The notes beneath the pieces were generated by a model. It was not told the origin of the DNA. It worked only from the letters and a program-made list of their open reading frames with translations, and ran no database searches. Below, in pieces: positions 8,643 to 17,590 of a stretch of DNA of 32,000 nt. The position numbers and the translations under genes were made by a program. Every line of letters begins with the position of its first letter. Positions within the stretch are counted from its first letter, which is position 1. Source of the DNA: an uncultured Nitrososphaerota archaeon (lineage in GTDB: Archaea; Korarchaeota; Korarchaeia; Korarchaeales; Korarchaeaceae); assembly GCA_964480775.1 (NCBI GenBank), contig CAYZRF010000007.1, forward strand, positions 40,687 to 72,686. Reading direction: 5' to 3'.

Positions 8643-9583
8643 TAAGCCCCACCTAGAATCTGAAGTAAGATTAGAATCCCAAGACATGTAAGGAGGGCTT
8701 TGTGAGCTGATTCATAGTCTTTCAGGGTAACCTCAACTGAAAGCTTATTGGAAGATTCCAAGGCTTTATAACCAGCCGACCTAGCCGATTCCTTTGCTAG
8801 AGACGAAATTTCTTCGATAGATGCTTGTTCTAATCTGAAAAAGTGTCCATTGGTGGATTCAGCCATCTCTTTCATCAGTTTAGGATTGGCCCTTGGGCCC
8901 GTACCTACCTGTACGGATATTATGGAGTAATTCCACTCTGCCAGAGCCTTAGCAGCCTCAAGTGGATCGGATCCCCCATTATTTCCTCCATCAGAAACTA
9001 GAACTATTGAGCTAGGGATATCAGAGGTTCTTGCTAGGTAAGAGGCAAAAAGAAGCGCATCTCCAATGGATGTGTAGCTCTCGTTTGGGCTAAGTAATCT
9101 TAGAACTTCCTTGGCCCCAGAAACGTTACCACTGTAGACTAATTCAGCCGACCCATAGAACTTCACCAGGCTAATGGTGACATTGGGCCCAAATTCGCTG
9201 AGAAAATTGTGCAAAAAATCTCTTGCTACTTCAAACCGGGATTCGTACTTCATGCTCTTAGATACGTCTAGTAGCAAGATCACGTTAAGTCCTTGGATAT
9301 TCTGCAAGTCTATTTTGTCAGGTGTTATTTCCATGGTCTGAACCTTAACGAAATATGGATCTGCAAGCAAAAGAGCTAAGCATAGCACAAAGGCAAACCT
9401 TGAGATGAGTACCAACCTGTAAAAGTTTCTCCAAGCTGTTGCGCCTTTGAAATCAAATTCCCTTTTCATGTTAGAGACAAGCTTCCTAACCTTGAGACTT
9501 AAACGCAAGAGTAGGGTCCAACCTAAGCAGGAGAAGAAGAGTAAAGTCCAAACTCTATCAACCCCAAAACTAAACTCAATCAT
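8642..9583 (-). CDS. VWA-domain membrane protein, BatA/BatB-like (second copy)
   Basis: N-terminal TM helices are followed by LLADPY, the MIDAS motif LLLDVSKSMKY, then YTSIGDAL and LVSDGGNNGG, and a C-terminal TM helix. I set the start at the ATG at 9583, with the SD GGGAGGAG 7 nt upstream and an 8-nt overlap with the upstream gene. Confidence 0.85.
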   Translation of the reverse strand: MIEFSFGVDRVWTLLFFSCLGWTLLLRLSLKVRKLVSNMKREFDFKGATAWRNFYRLVLISRFAFVLCLALLLADPYFVKVQTMEITPDKIDLQNIQGLNVILLLDVSKSMKYESRFEVARDFLHNFLSEFGPNVTISLVKFYGSAELVYSGNVSGAKEVLRLLSPNESYTSIGDALLFASYLARTSDIPSSIVLVSDGGNNGGSDPLEAAKALAEWNYSIISVQVGTGPRANPKLMKEMAESTNGHFFRLEQASIEEISSLAKESARSAGYKALESSNKLSVEVTLKDYESAHKALLTCLGILILLQILGGA

Positions 9584-10532
9584 CAGGTCTCTCCTCCCTT
9601 CCGGCTCCGGATCCAAGCAAACCCCCTTGTTGAAGTTGCTGGCAGGTACAAGGAAGTTGCATAAGGGATTTGAACCTCCCAATCTGATACGCAAATCTGC
9701 CAGCGTTTGAAGGATTGAGGTTCTGAGAAGCTTGTATAGCTGCTTGAATTCCCTCATTTTCAAGAAATTCGCTTAGATTCACGTCTATCTGCTCTCCTAA
9801 TTCCAGGGAAAGAGCAGTCTTCAATATTTTTTCGACCTCTTCAGGCTTTTCCTTAACCAAAAGGAACAGGGATATGACCTGATCTAACTCATTTTCAAGT
9901 TCTTCTAACCTGCTTAATGACTCGTTTACAGCTAGTTCGTGAGCCTCTGAAAACAATGAGCTTTGATCTATCTCGATAAGGCGTTTAATGGAATTGCCTA
10001 CAAGTAAACGGGCTCCTATGACTTGAGACTCGACACCGCTCCAAACGCCAAGGGCTTCTATGACGTTTCCTTTGAGTAGAAGATCCAACGCAAGCATAAC
10101 CCCCGGTCTAGCCTCATCCAGCAATAATGCTGTTTTACTAGAATTGATTGACGCTGATGATACATTTTCATAAGAATAGGTGGCATCCAACAATCTTTCC
10201 CTGAGAGAACCTCCTACAGTTGCTTTCACTACCTCTTCAACTTCTTCAAGCGATTTAAGAGCTGATTCAGCAGTAGCACCAATGTCTAAGATCTCGTTAT
10301 CATTTACATCAGACCAGATGGAGTCATGAGCTAACTTCGAAGATACGTTGATCGATCTCACAGACAGTTCAGCCAAAGGAGCAAGGTCTTTGACCCTCTC
10401 AGGGTTTATCCTCCTCTTACCTGTCGATATCAAAGGGTAGAAGAAGGCTACTGACAAGAGCAGAAGGAAGACGATTACTCCTAGAGTTGCTATCTTCCTA
10501 GCGTTGATTTGCTTCAACTTGAGCTTAAGCAT
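9576..10532 (-). CDS. Membrane-anchored, predicted all-helical extracytoplasmic protein; unknown family
   Basis: A single N-terminal TM helix (IATLGVIVFLLLLSVAFFY) is followed by about 280 aa rich in L/E/S with helical periodicity. It occupies the position held by a small TM protein between DUF58 and the VWA genes in Bat-type operons. I set the start at the ATG at 10532, with the SD GAGGGAG upstream and an 8-nt overlap (ATGCTTAA) with DUF58. Confidence 0.6.
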   Translation of the reverse strand: MLKLKLKQINARKIATLGVIVFLLLLSVAFFYPLISTGKRRINPERVKDLAPLAELSVRSINVSSKLAHDSIWSDVNDNEILDIGATAESALKSLEEVEEVVKATVGGSLRERLLDATYSYENVSSASINSSKTALLLDEARPGVMLALDLLLKGNVIEALGVWSGVESQVIGARLLVGNSIKRLIEIDQSSLFSEAHELAVNESLSRLEELENELDQVISLFLLVKEKPEEVEKILKTALSLELGEQIDVNLSEFLENEGIQAAIQASQNLNPSNAGRFAYQIGRFKSLMQLPCTCQQLQQGGLLGSGAGREERPDD

Positions 10533-11421
10533 ACGCCATCTCCCTCGCACTTACGTACAACCATGCCAACCTAGATCCAGACTGCTCAGCTCCCTTTATT
10601 CCCACGAACTCTACGTTAGGAACACCCCATCTCCTTAAAACCGAACCTATCTTGGCTCTATGAAGCTGTAGCTCCTCAGAAAGTTCCTTTTTATGGATTT
10701 CGACGAAAGAAATCCCTTCCTCAGGATCCAGTATCAGGGAAGACCCGATCTCAGGCAATGACACCTCGCTTCTGTCGGAGGAGAAAGCTATTCCCACCCC
10801 GTTCTTAACCGCTCTCATGGCTCCAAAGAAACTTGATAGTTCCTCAGGTGTGTGAGCTATGTCTGTTACTAGGATCACAGGACTCCTTCTCCTCGCAAGC
10901 CTAAGAACTATCTTCTTCATCATATCCAGACTTACCTTTCCTCCAGGGCCAGGTCCCTTGCAGATATAGGCTATTGTGGCATAGGCTGCGAGTCCAGGAT
11001 CTATATGAGGGAGAACTAAGGGATCTCCACTGCCAGTAACGATTATGGTAATCCTATCGTCTAGGTTTAAGGCAAGGGTTGATAGGAAGGAGATGGCATA
11101 GATGCCAGCAGCCAGCTTTTCCTTATAATCCATAGAAGCTGAGGCATCGAGAATGAGTACAGATTCCAGAGATCTTTCAGCCCTTCTTTCTCTGAGGATG
11201 AACTTCTGTTTGCCATCTGAACCTATGGCTCTGCTTGACAACCTCCAATCTATGAACCTGAAATCATCTCCTGGTGCGTATTCCCTGTAATCTTCGGGCT
11301 CGACGCCTATTCCTCTAGATTTCACAGCAGTCTGCCCAACCAAGTAAGGCATTGCCCTCCTTCTAGCAGTCTCAATCAGTTTTCCAGCGATTGAACATAG
11401 GTTCTCAGAGTTCAACTCCAT
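10525..11421 (-). CDS. DUF58-family protein (VWA-like, MoxR-associated)
   Basis: The hallmark motif YREYAPGDDFRFIDWRLSSR is present, followed by VLILDASASMDY (DxSxS). The start is ATG. Confidence 0.85.
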   Translation of the reverse strand: MELNSENLCSIAGKLIETARRRAMPYLVGQTAVKSRGIGVEPEDYREYAPGDDFRFIDWRLSSRAIGSDGKQKFILRERRAERSLESVLILDASASMDYKEKLAAGIYAISFLSTLALNLDDRITIIVTGSGDPLVLPHIDPGLAAYATIAYICKGPGPGGKVSLDMMKKIVLRLARRRSPVILVTDIAHTPEELSSFFGAMRAVKNGVGIAFSSDRSEVSLPEIGSSLILDPEEGISFVEIHKKELSEELQLHRAKIGSVLRRWGVPNVEFVGIKGAEQSGSRLAWLYVSAREMAYA

Positions 11422-11438
11422 GTTATTGGTGCGTGTGC

Positions 11439-11448
11439 CTTTTTATCT
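11439..11448. promoter_or_regulatory. Single central TATA-like box in the 46-bp divergent intergenic region between DUF58 and the PRC-barrel gene
   Basis: CTTTTTATCT is the only A/T-rich element between the ATG at 11421 (minus) and the ATG at 11468 (plus). It lies about 20-27 nt from both start codons. Confidence 0.35.
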
Positions 11449-11467
11449 TCACCTGTCTTATTCCAAG

Positions 11468-12265
11468 ATGCCTCAGTTTTACGACGAAAGAGAGCTAGAA
11501 GGAGCCCTTGTGGTCGACAGCGAGGGGCTCATATATGGAAAAGTTTCGACGATCTCGGTTGAAGAGGACGGCGTGAAGCTGCACGTACGGGTTGATGTGC
11601 TTGCTGAGGTGGAAGAGGTAGATGTTGAGAGGCTCAGGGAGCAGTTAAAGGGCAAGGTCCCAGAGGGGATTGAGGACGAAGAAATAGTATCTATAGCCAA
11701 GTCGTTTGGCCTAGAGCTTCCGAAGAAATTGGTAAAGAGAGAACTTCAACATGAGAAAGGGGTTGTACCAGTCGAACAGATAGCATGCATAGCTGAAGGT
11801 GGCGACGTTAGAGTAGTCGTCCTTTCAACCCCAAGAGAGGCCAAGTACAGGGGAATAGAGGAGAGAAAGCCAGAGTATGCCGATTTGACTGGTATAAAGG
11901 GAAAGATCGTTATATCCTTCTCTGGAGAGGTTCTAGGGGAGGCAGTTGGCATCGTTGTCAGCGCAGGGAAGCCAGGAATAAGAGTTAGAAGGCTGTCAGC
12001 AAAGAAAACCATTAACTGGTTGCGTTTATTGAGGGATTTAAAGAGAGAAAAGAGAGATGCCGCTCTTAGGTTGGAAGCAAAGCTAGACCCATATAAAAAT
12101 CCAAAGATATCGCTAGAGAGGGCTGACGATATTGTTAATCTCCTTAGAGGTGAGGGAATTGATCCAGGTTTGATTGAAAACTACGTAGAGGAACCAGAAG
12201 GACGCTCATATATTGATGTCTCTTGGGATGACATCAAGAAGATCGGGGACGTGGTTCTACTATGA
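11468..12265 (+). CDS. Protein with two PRC-barrel-like domains and a helical linker
   Basis: LEGALVVDSEGLIYGKVSTISVEEDGVKLHV and LTGIKGKIVISFSGEVLGEAVGIVVSAGKPGIRV both fit the PRC-barrel G-x-V...G-x-hG-x-V pattern. The C-terminus, VSWDDIKKIGDVVLL, is also PRC-like. I moved the start to the ATG at 11468 (MPQFYDE). Confidence 0.55.
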   Translation: MPQFYDERELEGALVVDSEGLIYGKVSTISVEEDGVKLHVRVDVLAEVEEVDVERLREQLKGKVPEGIEDEEIVSIAKSFGLELPKKLVKRELQHEKGVVPVEQIACIAEGGDVRVVVLSTPREAKYRGIEERKPEYADLTGIKGKIVISFSGEVLGEAVGIVVSAGKPGIRVRRLSAKKTINWLRLLRDLKREKRDAALRLEAKLDPYKNPKISLERADDIVNLLRGEGIDPGLIENYVEEPEGRSYIDVSWDDIKKIGDVVLL

Positions 12266-12355
12266 ACCTGAGCAGCACTAGCGAGAAACTCTAGATAACC
12301 TCCGCGAAAGGTATTGAAAATAACTTTCTCTCTATTTTGCTCATATTGACTTAAA

Positions 12356-13060
12356 CTAGATCCTCTTAGGTAAGATCGTAACGTCTCCGACCTCAACCCC
12401 GTAAGGTTGCCTTAGCACAAATACAACGGCTTCTGCTACATCCTCTGGTTCAAGAATTCCTGGTCTCAGGCGTCCTACGCTTTCGAGTAGCTTCGTTCTA
12501 ACTGCCCCCGGATATATTCCTGATATCTTAATGCCTGTTCCTCTCAATTCAGCCCTTAGCCCTTCCGTAAGCACTCTTAATGCGTGTTTTGAGGCACAAT
12601 ATGGTACCCACCCGGGTTCAACAATCATTCCCAGCATAGAAACCATGTTTATTATATGCCCAGTTCCCCGAGCTACCATCCTAGGTAGAACCTTCATCGT
12701 TAGATAGTAGGCACCAAAGAAATTGACGTTCATCATTTCAACAACCTTTTCTAAGGGGATTCTCATGAGTTCACCGTAGTAGGCCATTCCTGCGTTATTT
12801 ATGAGGAAGTCAATGTTAGAAAAGTGCGTCATCGTCTCTTTGTAATACCTGTCGACATCTTCTGGCTTGGAAATGTCGCCTACAGTATAATAAACCTCAA
12901 CGCCAAACTTTTTCGCTTCGTTAACAGTCTCGATGAGCTCGCTCTCCGTTCTTGCAAGCAGGGATAGGTTTGCTCCTTCTTTAGCCAACTTTAGGGCTAT
13001 TGCCTTACCAATTCCTCTTCCAGCTCCTGTTATCATACCATACGATCCTTTCAGTTGCAT
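12356..13060 (-). CDS. Short-chain dehydrogenase/reductase (SDR) family oxidoreductase
   Basis: The cofactor motif is TGAGRGIGKA, followed by NNAG and the catalytic YCASKHA (YxxxK). Confidence 0.9.
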   Translation of the reverse strand: MQLKGSYGMITGAGRGIGKAIALKLAKEGANLSLLARTESELIETVNEAKKFGVEVYYTVGDISKPEDVDRYYKETMTHFSNIDFLINNAGMAYYGELMRIPLEKVVEMMNVNFFGAYYLTMKVLPRMVARGTGHIINMVSMLGMIVEPGWVPYCASKHALRVLTEGLRAELRGTGIKISGIYPGAVRTKLLESVGRLRPGILEPEDVAEAVVFVLRQPYGVEVGDVTILPKRI

Positions 13061-13128
13061 ACCGCATCATCTTGGATGACAAACTATATAGCAGTTTCCA
13101 TTGCTTGGACTCTATAGATGTGAGACCG

Positions 13129-14190
13129 ATGGAGGTCAGAGAGATAGAAGAAACCGCTTCAAAAATAACCTCTTCCCTGAACAAGGCTGTAATAGGGTAC
13201 GAAAAAGAGCTTAAGCTCATTCTAGTTGCTTTACTATCAAATGGACACGTGCTTCTTGAAGGAGTTCCCGGGATAGCCAAGACAACAGCAGTAAAAGGAT
13301 TAGCCAAGCTGATAGGTCTCGACGCAATCAGTAAAACTGAGATAGAGGGAGTTCCATTTAGAGGTTTGAGCAGAGTCCAGTGTACCCCGGACCTCATGCC
13401 CTCTGACATAACGGGGAGCCTCATCTACAATCCCAAAGACCTGAAATTTGAGCCAAGGTTCGGGCCAATTTTCAGCTACATCTTGCTAGCAGACGAGATA
13501 AACAGGGCAATACCTAGAACTCAATCAGCTCTTCTACAGGCAATGCAAGAGAGAGAGGTAACTATAGGAGACAAGACTTACAGGTTGGAGTATAGGGACA
13601 AGGGAAAGTTCTTCTTTGTACTTGCCACACAAAATCCCGTCGAGTATGAAGGAACTTATCCGCTTCCAGAAGCCCAGCTTGACAGATTTCTGATGAGGAT
13701 TGTGATGGAATACCCAGAAACTCTAGAGGAAGAGAAACAGATACTCAGACTCCATATGGCTAGGTTAATGGAGCCAATAGAGGAGCTGGATAAGGTAATA
13801 GATCCAAGTTGGATAATAGCTGCGCAAGAGTCTATAGCTTTAAACGTAAAGGTTCCAGAATCCACACTCGAATATATCACGCGAGGAATCAGATATACTA
13901 GGCCAGAAATGTTCGAGCCTGTAAGAGAATCCTTGCTTTTGGGTGCGAGTCCGAGGGCTGGGATCTACCTAATGAGAGCCTCAAAAGTTCATGCTGCATT
14001 GAGAGGTAGTGAGGAGGTTCTTCCTGAGGACGTAGATGCAGTCGCATCTGCTGTCTTGAATCACAGGCTAATTCCAAATCCCGAGAAGCTGGTTGAACTT
14101 AGAATGAGCGGGGAGACATTCACTTCATCGTATAAAATAGCGAAAGAGGCCATAGAACTTGCTCTAAGGACAGCTAAAAGGGAGTTATAA
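13129..14190 (+). CDS. MoxR-family AAA+ ATPase
   Basis: Walker A is GVPGIAKT, followed by VQCTPDLMPSDITG, Walker B LLADEINRA, PRTQSALLQAMQEREVT, ATQNP and GASPRA. I moved the start to the ATG at 13129. There appears to be an insertion of about 12 aa (AISKTEIEGVPF) before the RVQCTPD segment relative to my memory of typical MoxR proteins. Confidence 0.9.
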   Translation: MEVREIEETASKITSSLNKAVIGYEKELKLILVALLSNGHVLLEGVPGIAKTTAVKGLAKLIGLDAISKTEIEGVPFRGLSRVQCTPDLMPSDITGSLIYNPKDLKFEPRFGPIFSYILLADEINRAIPRTQSALLQAMQEREVTIGDKTYRLEYRDKGKFFFVLATQNPVEYEGTYPLPEAQLDRFLMRIVMEYPETLEEEKQILRLHMARLMEPIEELDKVIDPSWIIAAQESIALNVKVPESTLEYITRGIRYTRPEMFEPVRESLLLGASPRAGIYLMRASKVHAALRGSEEVLPEDVDAVASAVLNHRLIPNPEKLVELRMSGETFTSSYKIAKEAIELALRTAKREL

Positions 14191-14231
14191 GGCACAGTGG
14201 TCTCGAAAAATAAAGAGAGTAATGGAAAATC

Positions 14232-14609
14232 TTAATGAATCATGAGACTTACCGTTATAACAACTAGCACGAAGGATGTTATTAGAGTGTATTTATAGTT
14301 CTTGACAACAATAAAGTAAGCCACAGATAGCACAGCCCTTAGGTAGGGAGTAAACATCAAGACAACCAACCCGAGGGACATAAGGTTGGTGTAGTTTGGT
14401 CTTCTTATCATAGAATTAATCGTTCTTACAGCGTATGAGAAGAAGTGCTCTTCCTGAATGCATAGATTTTGATCCAAGATTATGTTCGTGTTGTTGCTAG
14501 TAGATATGTAAAGAACAAGCCCCGCTACTTCCAAGGAAAGCGCTACTATAACACAAATCAGGAGAGCATATCCTATAATCGATTCCAAAGCAATAGGATT
14601 ACGAGACAA
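14232..14609 (-). CDS. DUF1634-like small membrane protein
   Basis: The protein has about 4 TM helices. The segment LGLVVLMFTPYLRAVLSVAYF resembles the conserved DUF1634 core. The TTG start at 14609 overlaps the upstream TauE gene by 11 nt. DUF1634 commonly accompanies TauE/DUF81 genes. Confidence 0.6.
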   Translation of the reverse strand: MSRNPIALESIIGYALLICVIVALSLEVAGLVLYISTSNNTNIILDQNLCIQEEHFFSYAVRTINSMIRRPNYTNLMSLGLVVLMFTPYLRAVLSVAYFIVVKNYKYTLITSFVLVVITVSLMIH

Positions 14610-15435
14610 CCGATACCACCCCTTTGTAAACCATCTGAACTATGAGATAGACTAGTACTACGATGAAGAGCAGGCGAACAGTCCTGTTTGACAATTTATT
14701 GAGGATACGCGTACCTGCTAGAGAGCCAATAGTTGTACCTATGGCCATGGGAGCGGCTAACGTCAGATTGATGAGGCCTGATGCTATGAATACACTTGAT
14801 CCTGCTAAGGCCGTCATGCCTATTATGAAATTGCTGGTGGAACTTGATACCTTGGAAGGCATTTTCAGAATCAACTCATATATGGCAACCTTGAATGCTC
14901 CAGCTCCAATTCCAAGCATGCCAGCCGCTAGACCAGCAATAATCATCCCCAATCCTCCCCACAGCGCATTAGTCGCCTTGTAATGCACCTCTCTGCCAAG
15001 AACTTCGTCAAAATAGGAGCCTTCTAACTCAAGCCATTTAGAAATCCTATCTTGGACGGTGTTTTCAGGAATTTCTTTGTTCATCTCACGCCTAACTCCG
15101 TAGAAAGAAGAGGTAAGAAAGGCAGCAAAGAAAAAATACAGATATTTGCTAGGAGCAAAAAGTGCAATGTATGCTCCGATTATTGCGCCAGTAACCGTGA
15201 AAATTTCTAAATACATTGAAGCCTTTATGTTCGTTAGTTTTTCTCTTACATATGCTGAAGCAGATCCGCTAGAAGTTGCTATAATTGTGATCATGCTGTT
15301 TGCTATCGCATATTTCACCGGAATTCCTGTGGCTACAAGAAAAGGCACCATAATAGAACCGCCACCAAGTCCGGTAATAGCCCCTAGGAATCCTGCAAAC
15401 GACGAAGCTAGCAATACTATTACCATGTTAGCCAT
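14599..15435 (-). CDS. TauE/SafE (DUF81) family anion/sulfite-type exporter
   Basis: The polytopic protein carries GFLGAITGLGGGSIMVPFLV and a second-half repeat, GLAAGMLGIGAGAF. This is the typical DUF81 internal duplication. Confidence 0.85.
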   Translation of the reverse strand: MANMVIVLLASSFAGFLGAITGLGGGSIMVPFLVATGIPVKYAIANSMITIIATSSGSASAYVREKLTNIKASMYLEIFTVTGAIIGAYIALFAPSKYLYFFFAAFLTSSFYGVRREMNKEIPENTVQDRISKWLELEGSYFDEVLGREVHYKATNALWGGLGMIIAGLAAGMLGIGAGAFKVAIYELILKMPSKVSSSTSNFIIGMTALAGSSVFIASGLINLTLAAPMAIGTTIGSLAGTRILNKLSNRTVRLLFIVVLVYLIVQMVYKGVVSVVS

Positions 15436-15641
15436 ACGAAAGCAGCACTCCCCAAGTTTTCTATAAACTATTACTAAATCCCAAGATCCGCTGCTCGTTT
15501 TAATGATCCTGATATGTCCGCACTATCTTCAAATTTTAGTCTGAGTAGGTATAAGTAACTGAGACAAGCCTCCAACCCCCTACAGACGTCATCCGTCAAG
15601 ATAATATAATATCTGAAGAGTGCTCCCTGAGGTGCCTGAAA

Positions 15642-16478
15642 GTGATATTAACGCAGTTCCTAGTATTCGTAGCCGCAAGTCTCATAGGAATCGTCGCTGC
15701 TATGGTTGGGATCGGTGGAGGAGCGCTCATGGTCCCTTTAATGATCCTCCTTCTAGGAGTAGAACCTCACAAAGCCGTAGGAACGAGCCTTCATGTAATT
15801 ATTTTGACAGCAACGTCGTCGACAATAGCTTACTACCTTCAGAGAAGGATTGATTTCAAGGTAGGGCTTTTGATGCCCCTTGTAACCATACCAGGATCGA
15901 TTCTTGGAGCTTACACAACTAAATTTATCTCTCCCAAAGGAATTGTTGGAGTCTTCGGGGCTTTTCTGATCTTAATAGCTTTGAAAATGCTGACTTCTGG
16001 AGGAAAAGGGAAGAGTTCAAACGTGGAGAAGAATTCATCGCCCAAAGACGTAGATGAAGGGAAGAAGGATCTAAGAACCTTAGTTGATAGGGAGGGAAAG
16101 ATCTTTACATACAGACCAAAACTAAAGGCGGGTTTACTTCTTGGCTTTTCAGCTGGATTTGCTTCTGGTTTTTTGGGGATCGGTGGAGGAGCGCTCATGG
16201 TCCCAATCCTTAACTTAGTGGTAGGATTACCAATTCACTTGGCTGTAGCCACTTCAATGTTCATCATGCTCTTTTCGGCATCATTTGGAGCGACAACGCA
16301 CTTCTTGATGGGAAATTTGATACCAGAGTACGTTGTCCTTTTGGGTGCGGGAGTTATATTAGGAGCACAGATAGGTGCCAGAACCGCCAAAAAACTCAGA
16401 GCATCTAGACTCAGGACAGCTTTCGCCATTGTTCTGATATTCACGGGACTAAGGATGTTGCTAAAAGCACTAGGCTAA
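15642..16478 (+). CDS. TauE/SafE (DUF81) family exporter (paralog, divergent)
   Basis: The GTG start has the SD GAGGTG 7 nt upstream. GIGGGALMVP occurs in both halves of the protein. The central loop between the halves is hydrophilic and K/E-rich. Confidence 0.85.
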   Translation: MILTQFLVFVAASLIGIVAAMVGIGGGALMVPLMILLLGVEPHKAVGTSLHVIILTATSSTIAYYLQRRIDFKVGLLMPLVTIPGSILGAYTTKFISPKGIVGVFGAFLILIALKMLTSGGKGKSSNVEKNSSPKDVDEGKKDLRTLVDREGKIFTYRPKLKAGLLLGFSAGFASGFLGIGGGALMVPILNLVVGLPIHLAVATSMFIMLFSASFGATTHFLMGNLIPEYVVLLGAGVILGAQIGARTAKKLRASRLRTAFAIVLIFTGLRMLLKALG

Positions 16479-16665
16479 CACCTCCTTTCTATTTTCTAGG
16501 ATATACTTCTTTGCACCACATCAGATCTTGCGGATTATTTGAAACTGTCTTTTAGAGCGCTCTTGGTTAGGTGCTTTTCAAAATAGTATTGCTTCAGATA
16601 CTCAGAAAGCATTTCAAGTAAGGTAATTTGCTATTAACAGCTCTTATTAAGCTTTAACTTTGTTT

Positions 16666-17484
16666 TTACCCTCCAGGTATTGTTGGGGGCACAAACCTGA
16701 ACTCAAAAGGATCGATGAAGAACTTTGGTGTCCAAGTAGTGAGGGAGAAATAGATGATTATCGCTCCAGTCGCAACTGAGAGGATGAAGCTAGCTAGAAC
16801 AGCCTTTCTAAACTCCAATTCGTAGATCAACCTGAAAGTTTTGTAGAATAAATATGCTTCCCATACCAAAAAGAGGAGGCTAACGACAAAAACATCCCAT
16901 TCATTAAATCGATAGATGCTTTGGAGTTCTTCTAATACTTTTGTTGCAAGATAGGCTAAATGCCTTGTTGATTTTGCTTCAGCTAGATCAAAATCTATCA
17001 CAACCTCTGAGGGAAGTCTTAAGAGATGTAAGGTGTAAATAGCGGTGATCCTAAGGCATTCTGGGATTAAAGTCGTTGAAAAAGCGGTAATGGCCGAAGA
17101 AAAGTATGCGCTTCCTTTCAATCCCTCGCCTAAGGCTTTCATAACTAGAATTCTAGCTAATATCGTGGCAATTAATACGCTCGGAACAATAAGAAGCGAT
17201 TTTAGAACAACCATATTTAATGCTCTGTCCTCTATAAGCCAGATATCGGATGAGGATATCCAATAAGGTATGTTCATATAGTTGTACTTGATTCTACTAG
17301 AAATCTGATAGTTACCAACTATTATCAAAAGAGACTGAAGAAGCCAGAGGAAAAAGAAAACCTCCAACTTAGACGCTCTAGAAATCCTAACAAACATTTT
17401 ATCAGAGCCAAAGCTGGCTTTAAAGAATTCCAGCATTGAATATAGGGCTTTTCTACCCAATATGGGCCTTTTCTTTTCTCCCAT
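16666..17484 (-). CDS. Polytopic membrane protein (Yip1-like topology; family not confidently recognised)
   Basis: This 272-aa ORF has an ATG start and about 5-6 hydrophobic helices. It lies on the same strand as the ABC-2 permease and 106 nt downstream of it. Confidence 0.5.
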   Translation of the reverse strand: MGEKKRPILGRKALYSMLEFFKASFGSDKMFVRISRASKLEVFFFLWLLQSLLIIVGNYQISSRIKYNYMNIPYWISSSDIWLIEDRALNMVVLKSLLIVPSVLIATILARILVMKALGEGLKGSAYFSSAITAFSTTLIPECLRITAIYTLHLLRLPSEVVIDFDLAEAKSTRHLAYLATKVLEELQSIYRFNEWDVFVVSLLFLVWEAYLFYKTFRLIYELEFRKAVLASFILSVATGAIIIYFSLTTWTPKFFIDPFEFRFVPPTIPGG

Positions 17485-17590
17485 CCTTTTTCATCCGTGT
17501 TAAAACATTTTGCCTTTTAACAATAATGTCCACAATGGAAGATGATGTAACTTTGAAGGACCCAATAGTTACGATCAAGCAATTGTCCCC

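Noticed and set aside
13000-13128. 5' extensions of track ORFs overlapping neighbouring genes (13000 for MoxR; likewise 4595, 8687, 9763, 10550, 11420, 22747, 23446 and 28997)
   Set aside because: The extensions do not resemble the respective families. They overlap divergent or upstream genes. Better-supported internal starts with SD motifs or canonical family N-termini exist.
15502-15544. AATGATCC...CTGA in the intergenic region between the divergent TauE genes; possible C/D-box sRNA
   Set aside because: The C box is non-canonical (UGAUCC). No internal D'/C' pair is present, and the length is too short.
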